Source of the DNA: an uncultured Gemmatimonadales bacterium
GTDB taxonomy: Bacteria > Gemmatimonadota > Gemmatimonadetes > Gemmatimonadales > GWC2-71-9
Assembly (NCBI GenBank): GCA_963748815.1
Contig: CAVVKJ010000012.1
Location: 1 to 27,846 of the forward strand
DNA length: 27,846 bases
Reading direction: 5' to 3'
Below, piece after piece: positions 1 to 10,716 of this stretch (positions within the stretch are counted from its first letter, which is position 1; the number at the start of each line of letters is the position of its first letter). The notes beneath the pieces were generated by a model. That model was not told the origin of the DNA. It worked only from the letters and a program-made list of their open reading frames with translations, and did no database searches. The translations under genes were made by a program, and so were the position numbers.

Positions 1-804
1 CACCGGCGGGTGGGGCCAACGAGTGTGCTGCGCCGCAGGCGGACTGGATCTGGTGCGACGATTTCGAGCAGAACCGGACGTCGAGCTACTTCGAGTTCGA
101 GAATGACGGGGGAGTTTCGCCCGGGTCAGCGGTGTCGGCGAGGGAGATTCCTACGGAATGCGGGCCCGCTTCGCGGCCGGGCAGGTCTCGGCGGGCTCGT
201 TGAAGCTGGCCTTTGGGCGGACGCCGCAGGCCTATTTCCGGCCGGTCGATGCGGGACGGCCAATTACCGGGAAATCTACTGGCGAGTGTATTTCCGGAAT
301 CAGGCGGGCTGGACGGGCGGAGGCGGCTACAAGCTCACGCGGGCCACGATCTTCGCCAGCTCCAGCAGCTGGGCGCAGGCGATGATCGGGCACCTGTGGA
401 CGGACGATTCGGATGACCCGCAGCACCTGATGGTCGACCCAGCCTCGGGCACCGACGCGGCAGGGAACCTGAGGACGACGACATACAACGACTTCGCAAA
501 CCTGCGCTGGCTCGGTCTGGTGCCAGGCACGACGAACCTGTTCAACGCGAGCCATGTGGGGACGTGGTACTGCATCGAGGTGCATGTGAAGCTGAACACC
601 GCAGGTGCCTCGGATGGGTACATGGAGTACTGGGTCAATGGGGTGCAGGAGGCGCGGACGGCCAATCTGAACTGGATTGGGAGCTACAACGCGTACGGGA
701 TCAATGCGGTCTTCTTGGAGAACTACTGGAACACAGGGTCGCCGGTGGCCCAGGAGCGCTACATGGATCGGTTTGTGGTCAGCACCAGTCGGGTCGGGTG
801 CTAG
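1..804 (+). CDS. 5'-truncated secreted/surface protein; C-terminal polysaccharide-lyase-like (ConA/jelly-roll) beta-sandwich domain
   Basis: Reconstructed across two G-run deletions (~110, ~254): PAGGANECAAPQADWIWCDDFEQNR...GMRARFAAGQVSAG...EIYWRVYFR...GTWYCIEVHVKLNTAGASDGYMEYWVNG...INAVFLENYWN...RYMDRFVVSTSRVGC*. The CDDFE start, WYCIEVHVKLN-DG-WVNG and YMDxFVVS patterns are typical of this fold. Confidence 0.7.
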   Translation, partial: HRRVGPTSVLRRRRTGSGATISSRTGRRATSSSRMTGEFRPGQRCRRGRFLRNAGPLRGRAGLGGLVEAGLWADAAGLFPAGRCGTANYREIYWRVYFRNQAGWTGGGGYKLTRATIFASSSSWAQAMIGHLWTDDSDDPQHLMVDPASGTDAAGNLRTTTYNDFANLRWLGLVPGTTNLFNASHVGTWYCIEVHVKLNTAGASDGYMEYWVNGVQEARTANLNWIGSYNAYGINAVFLENYWNTGSPVAQERYMDRFVVSTSRVGC

Positions 805-1205
805 GCACTAGGCGGCGGTGCGGGGCAGCGCACCTCCTTTATCGATCGTAGTTCGGAGGCCGGAAATGCACCGGAATACCGGCTAGAGGCAATGAGGCGA
901 GCGAATGCCCACCCTACTGCCCCGCGCGACACGCCTCGTCGCGAGGTCGGGCCCAGTCGGGTGTGTGTCGTTGTGATCTCCACGCCCGGGTCAGGCAGGG
1001 CCGCTGGTCGGAGGTGCCGACCCGCTCCCGCACCTAGTTCGATCCTCTCCCAACCCCCAATCTCACCTCGCCATACGATTTGCGAAATCCTCCAAGCTCC
1101 TGTGCAAGCATTGTGAGGTTGGGCACGAGTCCCGGTCAATGTTTGCGATAAGCAATGTATAATAAACATACATAGCAGTATTGAGCTCTGCATATTGCAT
1201 GTTTG

Positions 1206-1230
1206 TAAGATGTTGACACATAGAATGATA
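1206..1230. promoter_or_regulatory. 25-bp dyad TAA-N4-TTG-N5-YAR-N4-WTA (IHF-like double site) in AT-rich upstream region
   Basis: taa gatg ttg acaca tag aatg ata; same spacing as motifs at 17870, 18066 and 21770; lies in an AT-rich island (~1140-1285). Confidence 0.45.
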
Positions 1231-1286
1231 AAGTAGTTCAAATGATGTGTGTTCGTAGTTATGTCCAATATCCACACAGTTAAACT

Positions 1287-1302
1287 CGGCCTGTTCTTTG
1301 CA
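1287..1302 (+). promoter_or_regulatory. sigma54 (-24/-12) promoter candidate
   Basis: cGGcctgttctttGCa: GG-N10-GC with TTGCA, about 80 bp upstream of ATG 1385. Confidence 0.65.
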
Positions 1303-1384
1303 TTCCACGGCAGTGGGCCCAAGGGTGGAATTGTGGTTGGGAGTGGTTGGGTGCTGATGAGCTAAGCCTGGAATCCGGCCGATA

Positions 1385-3535
1385 ATGCGTCTTCCCTCCG
1401 TGCATGCCTGGCGTGCGCCCTCCGCGGCACCCTTTCGTATACTTCTCCCTCTCTTGCTACTGGCCGCCTGCGCTCCGGGTGAGCTGAAGGAAGGGCTCGC
1501 GCCCAACGACGCCGAGGTCGTCGCCGTGGTCGTGACGCCCGAGAAGACGGCCGTGGTCGTCGCCGAGACGATCGCGGTCCGGGCCAGCGCGGTGGGCCTG
1601 GACGGGCAGCCGGCACCGGCCGAAGTGGACTGGACGGCCTCAGGCGGGACGATCGTCGCGCTCAACGATTCGACGGCGCGCTTCAGCGCCGGCTCGGCCG
1701 GCACCTATCGGGTGCGCGGCCGTCATCGGCGCACTCCCAATCCCATCGATTCCACGACCATCATCGTCGCCCCCCTGCCGCCGGTGCTGCAGGCGGTGGT
1801 GCTGACGCCGGCGACGGCGTCGGTGGCGGCGGGGGCCCAGCAGCAATTCAGCGTGGCGGGGCAGTGGAGCGACGGGTCGACGACGGCGCCGGCGGTGAGC
1901 TACGCGGCGACGGGCGGGACGGTCAATGCGAACGGGCGCTACACGGCCGGGACGACGGCGGGGACCTTCCGGGTGATCGCGACCCAGCAGGGGGCAGCCT
2001 GGCGGACACCAGCACGGTGACCGTGACAGTGACCCCGCCGGTCCTGCAGGCGGTGGTGCTGACGCCGGCGACGGCCTCGGTGGCGGCGGGGGCCCAGCAG
2101 CAATTCAGCGTGGCGGGGCAGTGGAGCGACGGGTCGACGACGGCGCCGGCGGTGAGCTACGCGGCGACGGGCGGGACGGTCAATGCGAACGGGCGCTACA
2201 CGGCCGGGACGACGGCGGGGACCTTCCGGGTGATCGCGACCCAGCAGGGGGGCAGCCTGGCGGACACCAGCACGGTGACCGTGACAGTGACCCCGCCGGT
2301 CCTGCAGGCGGTGGTGCTGACGCCGGCGACGGCGTCGGTGGCGGCGGGGGCCCAGCAGCAATTCAGCGTGGCGGGGCAGTGGAGCGACGGGTCGACGACG
2401 GCGCCGGCGGTGAGCTACGCGGCGACGGGCGGGACGGTCAATGCGAACGGGCGCTACACGGCCGGGACGACGGCGGGGACCTTCCGGGTGATCGCGACCC
2501 AGCAGGGGGCAGCCTGGCGGACACCAGCACGGTGACCGTGACAGTGACCCCGCCGGTCCTGCAGGCGGTGGTGCTGACGCCGGCGACGGCGTCGGTGGCG
2601 GCGGGGGCCCAGCAGCAATTCAGCGTGGCGGGGCAGTGGAGCGACGGGTCGACGACGGCGCCGGCGGTGAGCTACGCGGCGACGGGCGGGACGGTCAATG
2701 CGAACGGGCGCTACACGGCCGGGACGACGGCGGGGACCTTCCGGGTGATCGCGACCCAGCAGGGGGGCAGCCTGGCGGACACCAGCACGGTGACCGTGAC
2801 GGTGACCCCGCCTACAGGCGGAAATCCACACGAGCCGGCAGGCATGACAGTCGGGTTCGACGAATCGTTCACATCGTCACCAGTGGGTCAGCCATCTTCG
2901 GGCTGGTTTGTTGAACTCGGTGGATCCAACGTAACGGTCGTGAACGATGCGACGGCGCCCATATCGGGCCCCAAGGCGCTTCAGTTGAGGTTCCCATCTG
3001 GCTTTGGGGGAGGCGTGGAACCGATGGTGATCAACTGGAACGAAAGTGGCCATTTTCCAGCCAATACTGGCACGCTCTACATGCGGATGCGTGTGAAACT
3101 GGATGCGAATTGGAGTGACAACGGCAACGATGGGACGAAGTTCATTTGGCCAAGGCCAACGGTGGAAAACACCGCCCATTTCAGCCCCATCTCTCGGGCG
3201 CTAGGGGGCATGACGGTTGGCTTCAACTACCAGGCCTCCTACTTGGGTGGGGCGGACGACGACAACGAGGACCCAGCTCCGAAGGCTCTCGGTGTTTGGC
3301 ACGACGTGGAGTGGCTGCTATACCAGGGCACGACTGCGTCGGCAAACAACGGTACGGTACAAATCTGGGTTGATGGTACGCTTGTGGTGAGCGAGACCGG
3401 GAAGAAGTTTGCCAAGAATGGTGATGTCCTTGGTTGGAAGTACATGACCATCGCGCCAGTCTTCGGGTATGGCACGCGGCCGGTGCCGTACGACCAATAT
3501 ATTTGGGTCATCATTGGTATGCGAGCGTCAAATAG
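1385..3535 (+). CDS. Surface lipoprotein: Ig-like (BIG2-type) stalk of 1 diverged plus 4 near-identical domains and a C-terminal polysaccharide-lyase-like beta-sandwich domain (~715 aa reconstructed)
   Basis: Lipobox LLLLAA-C29; repeats VLQAVVLTPATASVAAGAQQQFSVAGQWSDG...GTFRVIATQQGGSLADTSTVTVT; tip domain with LYMRMRVKL, WHDVEWLL, GTVQIWVDG. Frameshifts at G-runs ~1990 and ~2505 and at ~3510; corrected end YIWVDHWYASVK* with TAG at 3533-3535. Confidence 0.75.
1778..2807 (+). repeat. Four tandem ~258-bp intragenic repeats (86-aa Ig-like domain)
   Basis: Unit starts at 1778, 2035, 2293 and 2550 (257/258/257/258 bp). Copies differ only by a few synonymous bases and by G5 versus G6 in cagcaGGGGG(G)cagc. 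Confidence 0.95.
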
Positions 3536-3734
3536 CGAAAGTGGTTTCGGTTGTGGAGCTGCAACGCTCGGGGCGATCGGACGCGCGGCTCCATCACTGG
3601 CGAGTTTGCACGGTGATGGATCGTGGTCCCCGGGGGTAGCGGCCTGCCCGTCTGCTGCGAAAACTAGCTGGCGCTATTCGGTTAACAAAAGGAACGGGAA
3701 ACGGTGATGAGCGCGAAGCAACCGCAAGCGCCCG

Positions 3735-5176
3735 TCATCTAACGTTGCACTCGTGGCTGACTACTCGATACTGTCGATAGTCCAATCTGTCCGTTGAGTG
3801 ATTAGTCTCCTTCGGCAGTTGTTGTCCAACCACGCCTGAACCGCGCCTCCGTTGGCTTCCACCAGTCCGCCCCGATTTTCCGATGCGACTACCCAAAATG
3901 ACTGACCTGTGGAAGCGAGTGAGTCGAGTTGCTGTGTCGTCCTCATAAACTCGGTAGCGGCCAGAGTTGGGGCATAGTATCGCTGAACTATCAACGGCCA
4001 GGCCAACACTGGGCGCGCAAACTGTTGCTGTGATGCGATTGCAGAATAGGCCGGTCTGTAGTCGAACCGCATTCCATCGGAGAGCTGCGACACCGGGGCA
4101 GGGAGCATCCCGGCAAGAAGGACACCGGTGATACCGACTGCTAGTCGACCAGCCTTGAGACCCCCTTCGCAAACGAGAAGAACGACGGCTGCTATCCCTA
4201 GTGGAAGCATCGACACACCATAGTCCGCATAAACATCAGTCCGGGTGGACGCAAGAAGAGAGTAGGGATCGTCCCGAAGGTGACGCCGCTGAAGACCGTA
4301 AGTGCCACATCCTTGGCACGAATCGTGCCCCAAGCGATTGAATTCGCAACTCCGAGCACCGCACCCGCAACTAGTACTGGCGTGGCAAGCTGTACCATCG
4401 CGGGCACCAGCCGAAGGGTGGCGCCCCACCCACGGCCCGACCAATTTGAGAGAGTACTGCCACGCCCCCCGAGCTTCAAGCTCAGCATATACCCTAGAAT
4501 GAGGACTCCGGCGGGCAGCCACGTCCCTAATGAGCTCCCGTCGATTTGGCCATTTGAGGAGAAGGCCACGGTGTCCAAGCATGAGTACGACGGAGATCCC
4601 GATGCCAACGAAGGGGAAGACAAATGTCGGGTGCGTTAGTGTCCCCACGAGAATGAGCATCCCGGCTCCAGCAAAGGCTCCCCAGCTATTCTCCGCTCGC
4701 CCAACGAGCAGGAGGAGGAGTGTGCCGACGGATACGAGGTAGATGAGGCTCCAGTATCTGGCCTCTCCCGAGACGAAGAGGTGCCAAGGGGGAAAATGCA
4801 CAAAGGGCGATCGCGAGGAAACCACCCGCGGCGCCGCCCAAGTACCTTCCGAGCTTCCAGGTAACCACGAGCCCGGCCAATCCGAATAGAAAGGGGGCAG
4901 CCTCGCACCAAATTCTCCCGCGGGGAGAAGCGGAGTGAGGACGTGGTGGAGGAGAGAGTAGAGAGGTCTCGCGTCGATCCCAGGGCGCAGTGTGGTCGCG
5001 AAGAGCTCTCGAGATTCCTGCAAGGTGTAGAGTTCGTCCTGCTCAAACGGAAAGCGCGCAAGCCGTACCACCTCATGCCAGTACCAATGAGGAAGGCAGC
5101 GAGACTGCCGAGGCTCCACGCACCGGTTGCGAGGCGGTCCCTCAGACGATGGGGAAGTTGTCTGTGTCATTGCCAA
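3735..5176 (-). CDS. GT-C fold membrane glycosyltransferase (GT39/GT83, PMT/ArnT-like), frameshifted
   Basis: First TM followed by FEQDELYT (DE motif), ARPLYSLLHH, GARLPP, PWHL..S.EARYWSL; many hydrophobic segments spread over frames; soluble C-terminus ending RLDYRQYRVVSHECNVR* at 3735. Confidence 0.7.
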
Positions 5177-5177
5177 A

Positions 5178-6573
5178 ATGAATTTGGAGGAACCAGCGGT
5201 GCGACCAATCGTGCAGAGCCCTGGGCCGATGCGGGCCCTGTCCCAGCTGCACGAAGGCGCGTCGAGTATGGACGTCCTCAGATTGTCGCTGGGCCTTCTA
5301 ATCGTAATGGTGGTCAGTCGGGTTCACCAGACCGTTCCGGGACTCGCCCCGTTCCGACCGGGGCTTTTGCTGGTGCTGGCAGCAGGGGCGTATGCGTTTC
5401 TTCGTCCCAATGCTGCTCACTCAGGAGAATGTGCTCCGATATTGGTGGACAAGGTGTATCGCTTTCCTCGTGGTTCAGGCCTGCTGTCTGTCGCATTTGG
5501 GATTTCAATAGGCGCCTCAGGTAAATTCTTCCTACAGGCCTATTCGACTGTTGTTGTTCTCGCTGCCTTGGTCATTCTGGCCACGCGGACGACAAGAGAT
5601 TTGGTTGTGTTTGTCACCGCCTACCTGATTGGCATCGCGGCGCTGACTTGGCAAACCAATTTCTTGTTCAAGCTTTCGACTGGTGCGGGTCTCGCCCGAT
5701 TAGCGGAGCTGTATACATTCGATGCAAACGATGTCGGACTGATATTTGTGACCGCATTTCCGATCGCTGTCGCGCTCTTTCCGGTGTGGTCTGGATGGCG
5801 CCGTTGGACAATAGTCTTGCTGATCCTTGCTGTCGGTGCTGGCATTGCCCGGAGCGGCTCTCGGGGGGCTTTCTGCGCCTGTCGTATCGGGTGGGTTGAT
5901 GCTCTTACTCAGCGAGGTGTCCCAGCCTCGAAACGAATCGCTCTTACGGCAGCGATTCTTCCTCGCGCTCCTTATTGGCTGCGCCGCCGGGCTATTTCAA
6001 GCAAATGAACACAATCGTCAATCCGACGACCGACTACAATTGGACCTCTCCCACCGGCCGCCGTGCAGTGACGAAGCGTGGCTTTGGTTACATGATGTCC
6101 TACCCGTCTTCGGCGTGGGCATCAGCAACTTCAACAAGGCCGAATGCACGCTGTCGGAACGGCTGGTTGAGGAAGCGCCCGGCGTCGGCATTCGGTGTAC
6201 TGCTCCACACAGCACGTGGGTCCAGGTGGGTGCTGAGTTCGGGATCCCCGGGCTGATTCTCTGGGTCACTCTCCTGGCCATTCCCGTCGTTCGACTTCTC
6301 CATCTGAGTCGCCGGTTGCCCCTCGGATGGCTGAAGGGTGGTTTCGAGCAGCGCTTTCTCTTTGCCTGCACCAGTGCGCTTCCAATCTCCCTGATTGGAT
6401 TCATGATTGCCTCTACATTTCTCACTTTTGCCTGGCTCGACCTACCGTACCTTCTCGTGATCTTCTCGGGAAGTACTTGGCTCTTCACTATGCGGCGCCT
6501 GGGCGCCGGTGGACAGGCCGTGCCTGCACGGGACGGGTCCCCTCGCCCGTTTCGCAGGCAGAGGAGCGGATAA
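5178..6573 (+). CDS. O-antigen ligase / Wzy polymerase family membrane protein, frameshifted
   Basis: Multi-TM; FDAND, RSGSRGAF, (P)VFGVGISNF, TAPHSTWVQVGAEFGIPG (Wzy_C signature). Pieces lie in ORFs 5127-6008, 5975-6256 and 5827-6573. Start uncertain (ATG 5178, or GTG 5199 after GGAGG). Confidence 0.8.
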
Positions 6574-7474
6574 TGCGGCAAGTATTGAAAGCGGTTGCGG
6601 GAAGGATGTTGGGCGGCGGGGTGGCGAACCGCCGGATCCGCAGGAGGCATTGCGGCGATTCGCTCGTGCTGGCCTTTCACAACGTCGTACCAGACGACAC
6701 GAGCCCGCCAGGGGTGATCGTTCGCTCCACCTGCCCGTGTCTGTCTTTGTAGAGTTTATCGATCGATTGCTGGAGATCTTATCGCCTGGCGGGCTTGAGC
6801 AGGCCTTCCTGCCGGCTGAGTCTCCGCGTTTGGCGATCACCTTCGACGACGCCTATCGGGGTGCGCTGACACTCGCGTTGCCGGAGCTTGACCGACGGGG
6901 AATTCCGTCGACCGTGTTCGTTCCGACGGCGCGCCTTGGAAACGCGGATTTTTGGTGGGATGTGCTTGCGACTGAGGACGGAGTGCTCGACCCGGCGTCG
7001 CGGGAGCACGCCATGCAAGCCTTACAGGGCGACGATGCTCTGATCCGCGCTTGGGCCAGGGACGAGGGAAGACGTCTTACTTCGATGCCGGATTTGTGGC
7101 GCTCTGCCACAGTCGATGAACTTATTGCCGCATCAACACTTAAAGGTGTGGCATTGGCACCGCACTCGGCGTCGCATCGCGCTCTTGACCGCTTGGATGA
7201 GAACGAACTACAACAAGAGCTTCGCAGCCCGCTCGACTGGTTTCGCACCCACGGCCTGCGCCACGAGCGTACGGTGGCATACCCCTACGGCAGTTGGTCG
7301 CCGTCCGTCCTCGCGGCGGCCGAGGCCGAAGGCTATGAGGCAGGGTGGCTCGTTTCGGGTGGGTGGACCACCCCGAGGTCCACGAATCGGTTCATGATGC
7401 CACGAATGAACATTCCAGCCGGCGGATCAGCGCCGATGTTGATGCTCCGGGTTGCGGAACTCGTCGGTTCCTGA
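6573..7474 (+). CDS. Polysaccharide deacetylase (CE4/NodB), one frameshift ~6710
   Basis: TAATG coupling to upstream gene; LVLAFHNV, ITFDDAY, HSASH, AYPYG and PRMNI motifs. Confidence 0.85.
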
Positions 7475-7548
7475 GTTCACTGCGACGCCCATGGATCTGA
7501 ATCGACCACCTGCTGATGCGCGAGCCTGACCTGGTCCACCAGCACTAC

Positions 7549-8316
7549 CTATTGAGCGGTTGCGGTGCGCCTCAGATAGTGCCACCAGATTCGGACGAGC
7601 TCCAGCCCAGAGCGGATGAAGTCTGTCGCCTTGACCTTGGATCCTTCGACGTCACGCCAGGTATCGAGGGGCGCCTCAAATATGATTTCTTCTGGCGGTG
7701 GCGCCAGGCCACGTCGTGATGCCGCCGTCAACCTTGCGATGAGTTCAACATCAAATACCCAGCGAGTGAGAAACGGCTCAGCGATCAGTGATCGGAAGAG
7801 CGGCGTGGCCCGGAAGAGCTTCGCCCCGCACTGGGTATCATATACTCCTAGACTCAAGGTCATGCTGGCACCAGTCGCGAAGAATCTCCCCAGGTAGTGT
7901 CGCAACTCACTTCGATGGATCAGGCGTCCCATCAGTTTGACTCTGGAGCCCAGAACCCACTCGATCGATGGGCGTGACTCCATGATTGAGAGGAATTCGT
8001 CGATGACGTGCAACGGGGTCGCCAAGTCGGCATCCCAGAATCCGACGATCGGTGCCTGGTCGCACGCAGCGACAAGCCCATATCGCACCGCTTCAGCCTT
8101 GCCTCGATTCGGCTGCTGGTCGATAACAGACACCTGCGCGGGATACTGGGCCTCGAGACCCCGCAATACCGCTAGCGTGTCGTCGGTGCTTCCGTCATTC
8201 ACCAGTACGAGGGCGGAGCGCGGGCGTGATTTCAGGAACTCGCGGAATGCCTCCACCTGAAGGCGACCGGCTTCGTTGTAACAGGGGACGACGACAGCTG
8301 CGTCACGGAGATCCAT
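7549..8316 (-). CDS. GT2 glycosyltransferase, polyprenyl-phosphate glycosyltransferase (DPM1/ALG5-like)
   Basis: Intact 255 aa; VVPCYNE, VNDGSTD, NRGKAEAV, FWDADL, YDTQCGAKLF, WVFDVEL. Confidence 0.9.
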   Translation of the reverse strand: MDLRDAAVVVPCYNEAGRLQVEAFREFLKSRPRSALVLVNDGSTDDTLAVLRGLEAQYPAQVSVIDQQPNRGKAEAVRYGLVAACDQAPIVGFWDADLATPLHVIDEFLSIMESRPSIEWVLGSRVKLMGRLIHRSELRHYLGRFFATGASMTLSLGVYDTQCGAKLFRATPLFRSLIAEPFLTRWVFDVELIARLTAASRRGLAPPPEEIIFEAPLDTWRDVEGSKVKATDFIRSGLELVRIWWHYLRRTATAQ

Positions 8317-8381
8317 AAGGCCTTACGTAGTATGGGTTTGAGGGGTGTGCACTGTTCGGACCGCCCCCCTCCAGACTCAAT

Positions 8382-8398
8382 GGCAAGTTGGGGGCCAA
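8382..8398 (-). promoter_or_regulatory. sigma54 promoter candidate for GT2 (8316)
   Basis: Minus strand ttGGcccccaacttGCc: GG-N10-GC with TTGC, about 65 bp upstream of the ATG. Confidence 0.6.
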
Positions 8399-8448
8399 GA
8401 TCGGAGCTGCCCTGCTCGATCTGACACTAACGAGAACTGCCCTCAGGA

Positions 8449-9586
8449 TTGGGCGGTTCAACTGGCGTGGGGAAGCGGTTGAGAATTATCCATGTCGTAC
8501 TCGATCTGCATGAAGGCGGCCTCGAGCGGGTCGTCACAGACCTCGTGCTCGATGCAACGCGCCGTGGGCACCAGCCCCACGTTGTGTGCTTACGGCGCGC
8601 GGGGCAGCTCGCCGCGGAACTGGGTCCTGCGCAGGTGAGTGTGGTACCTCGGCAGGGCCGCATGTCGTTGCTGGCACCCGCCGCCGCTGGCCGCCTTCCT
8701 CAGCCGACTCGCACCCGATGTCGTCCATCTCCACAGCGGAGTCTGTTTCAAGGCTGCGTATGCGAGCCGCCTCGCTCGCGTGGGCCCGATTGTGTTCACC
8801 GACCACGGCCGGCCTCTCCCTGACCCTCTGATTCACCGCGGGTTGGATGGGATCGGCGCACGGTTGACCGATCATGTCGTGGCAGTGTCGGCTCCCCTCG
8901 CGGAGTATCTCGTCTCCCGGCTCCTTGTGCCGCGGGACAAGATATCCATCATTCCCAACGGAATTCATCTGCTCCATCCCCCCTCCGACCTGGAGGCGGG
9001 GCGCGTGAGGCGGGAGCTCTCGCTGCCGGAGGAAGCGCTGGTTATCGGCACGGTCGGTCGGCTCGATCCCATCAAGGCCTACGACCGGCTGCTCCACGCC
9101 TTTGCCCAGCTGCGGTCCGGCTCGTCGGTAGGCCCCAAGCCAGACACGCTGCTGCTGATCGGCGACGGGCCAGAGCGCGGGCGCCTGGAGCGGCTCGTCG
9201 GAGAATTGGAGTTGGGTGACTCCGTCCGATTCCTTGGCTGGCGGACCGACGTCTCCCGCATCCTGGGGGCGATGGATGTTTTCGTACTGCCGTCCGACAG
9301 CGAGGGCACCTCGATATCTCTGCTCGAGGCCATGGCGGCCGGGCGAGCGGTGGTGGCCACCGCCGTCGGCGGGACCCCCGACGTGATTGGAGCCGGAGAC
9401 GCCGGACGGTTGGTCGCGCCTGGCGATGTGGGGGCATTGGCGGACGGCCTCCGGGAGGTCCTGGAAGACGCGGAGCACCGCCGGCAACTCGGCCAGCACG
9501 CCCGTGCGCGAGTGGAGGAGCGGTATTCGTTCGAAGCCATGGCGAACGCATATGAATTGCTGTATCACGGACTGAGGAACGGTTGA
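8449..9586 (+). CDS. GT4 glycosyltransferase, one frameshift ~8680
   Basis: LRIIHVV.DL..GGLERVV, PDVVHLH, VFTDHG, IPNGI, GTVGRLDPIK, PSDSEGTSISLLEAMA (EX7E), VGGTPDVI. Start codon uncertain. Confidence 0.88.
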
Positions 9587-10716
9587 GCCCCCCTTCGCCC
9601 AACGCTCCGATGACAATCCTGCACCTGACTGCACCCGGCCAGGTCGGCGGGCTCGAGTCCGTGGTGCTCGCCCTGACCGCGGGACTCCACAACCGCGGGC
9701 ACCGCGCCGTCCTGGGCGCGGTGTACTCGAGGGCGCCTGGCTCGGAGGCGCTGACTGCGCGTGCCAGGAGCCTGGGCGTCGAGGCGCGGGAGATCGTCCT
9801 TCCCCCAAGGGCGTACGTTCAGGAATTCCGTTCGATCACGGCGCTGATGGACACGCTACGACCGGATGTGGTGCATACTCACGGCTATCGATCCGACCTG
9901 ATAGGCGGGGCCGCGGCCCGCCGCGCAAATGTCCCATGGGTTACGACCCTGCATGGGTTCACGGGAGGTGGGCTCGAGAACCAGGCTTACGAGTGGCTGC
10001 AGGTGCGAGCCGGCCGGCGGGCGGATGCCTTGGTGGCGGTTTCCCGGGCGATTCGCGACCGGCTTCTGCGGGCGGGGGCCAACGAGGCGCGCGTCCATGT
10101 CGTGCCAAACGCGTGGTCCGAACGCCCGCTGCTCCGGGCGGCCGAGGCCCGACGGCGCCTCGGGCTCGTCGGAGGGGGGCCGGTCATCGGGTGGGTCGGC
10201 CGCCTGAGTCGCGAGAAGGGAGCTGATCTTTTTCTCGAAGCCCTGGCACTCATGCGCGGGCTTCCCTGGCGGGCATCCATCGTCGGGGACGGACGCGAAC
10301 GCGCGGCCCTTCAGGCGCAGGCCGCGCGACTGGGTCTCGCGGAAAGGATCGACTGGCATGGGGTGGTCCCGGACGCGGCGAGCATCTACCCGGCGTTCGA
10401 TGTCTGGGTCCTCAGCTCACGCACGGAAGGGACGCCAATTGCGCTCTTCGAGGCGATGGCGGCCCGCGTGCCAGTCGTCGCGGCTGCGGTCGGTGGGGTG
10501 CCCGACGTAGTGTCGCCGGACGAGGCCTGGCTGGTCCCGTCGGAGCAGCCGGATGCGCTGGCTGGGGCACTCAGGGAGGTTCTGGCCAATCCGGCTGCCG
10601 CCGCGACCAGGGCGGACATCGCCTTGGCCACGCTCAGGGAAAAATTTGCGGAACCGGCTTGGATTGCGGCACACGTGGGCATCTATGACGCGGTGACCCG
10701 CGAGCCCCGTGGTTAG
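9583..10716 (+). CDS. GT4 glycosyltransferase
   Basis: Intact; GGLESVV, PDVVHTHG, TTLHG, VGRLSREKG, SSRTEGTPIALFEAMA, VGGVPDVV. Alternative start ATG 9610. Confidence 0.9.
   Translation: MSPPSPNAPMTILHLTAPGQVGGLESVVLALTAGLHNRGHRAVLGAVYSRAPGSEALTARARSLGVEAREIVLPPRAYVQEFRSITALMDTLRPDVVHTHGYRSDLIGGAAARRANVPWVTTLHGFTGGGLENQAYEWLQVRAGRRADALVAVSRAIRDRLLRAGANEARVHVVPNAWSERPLLRAAEARRRLGLVGGGPVIGWVGRLSREKGADLFLEALALMRGLPWRASIVGDGRERAALQAQAARLGLAERIDWHGVVPDAASIYPAFDVWVLSSRTEGTPIALFEAMAARVPVVAAAVGGVPDVVSPDEAWLVPSEQPDALAGALREVLANPAAAATRADIALATLREKFAEPAWIAAHVGIYDAVTREPRG

Noticed and set aside
801..1322. 173-aa minus-strand ORF
   Set aside because: Spans the AT-rich promoter region, has no recognisable domain and has atypical codon usage.
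1778..2807. Possible CRISPR array or DGR template/variable repeats
   Set aside because: Units are contiguous 258-bp coding repeats with no spacers and no adenine-specific variation, and no cas or reverse transcriptase gene is present.
3536..3707. C-terminal extension of ORF 2121-3707
   Set aside because: A one-base correction at ~3510 gives a family-like end (WVDHWYASVK*) at 3535, so the extension is probably a frameshift artefact.
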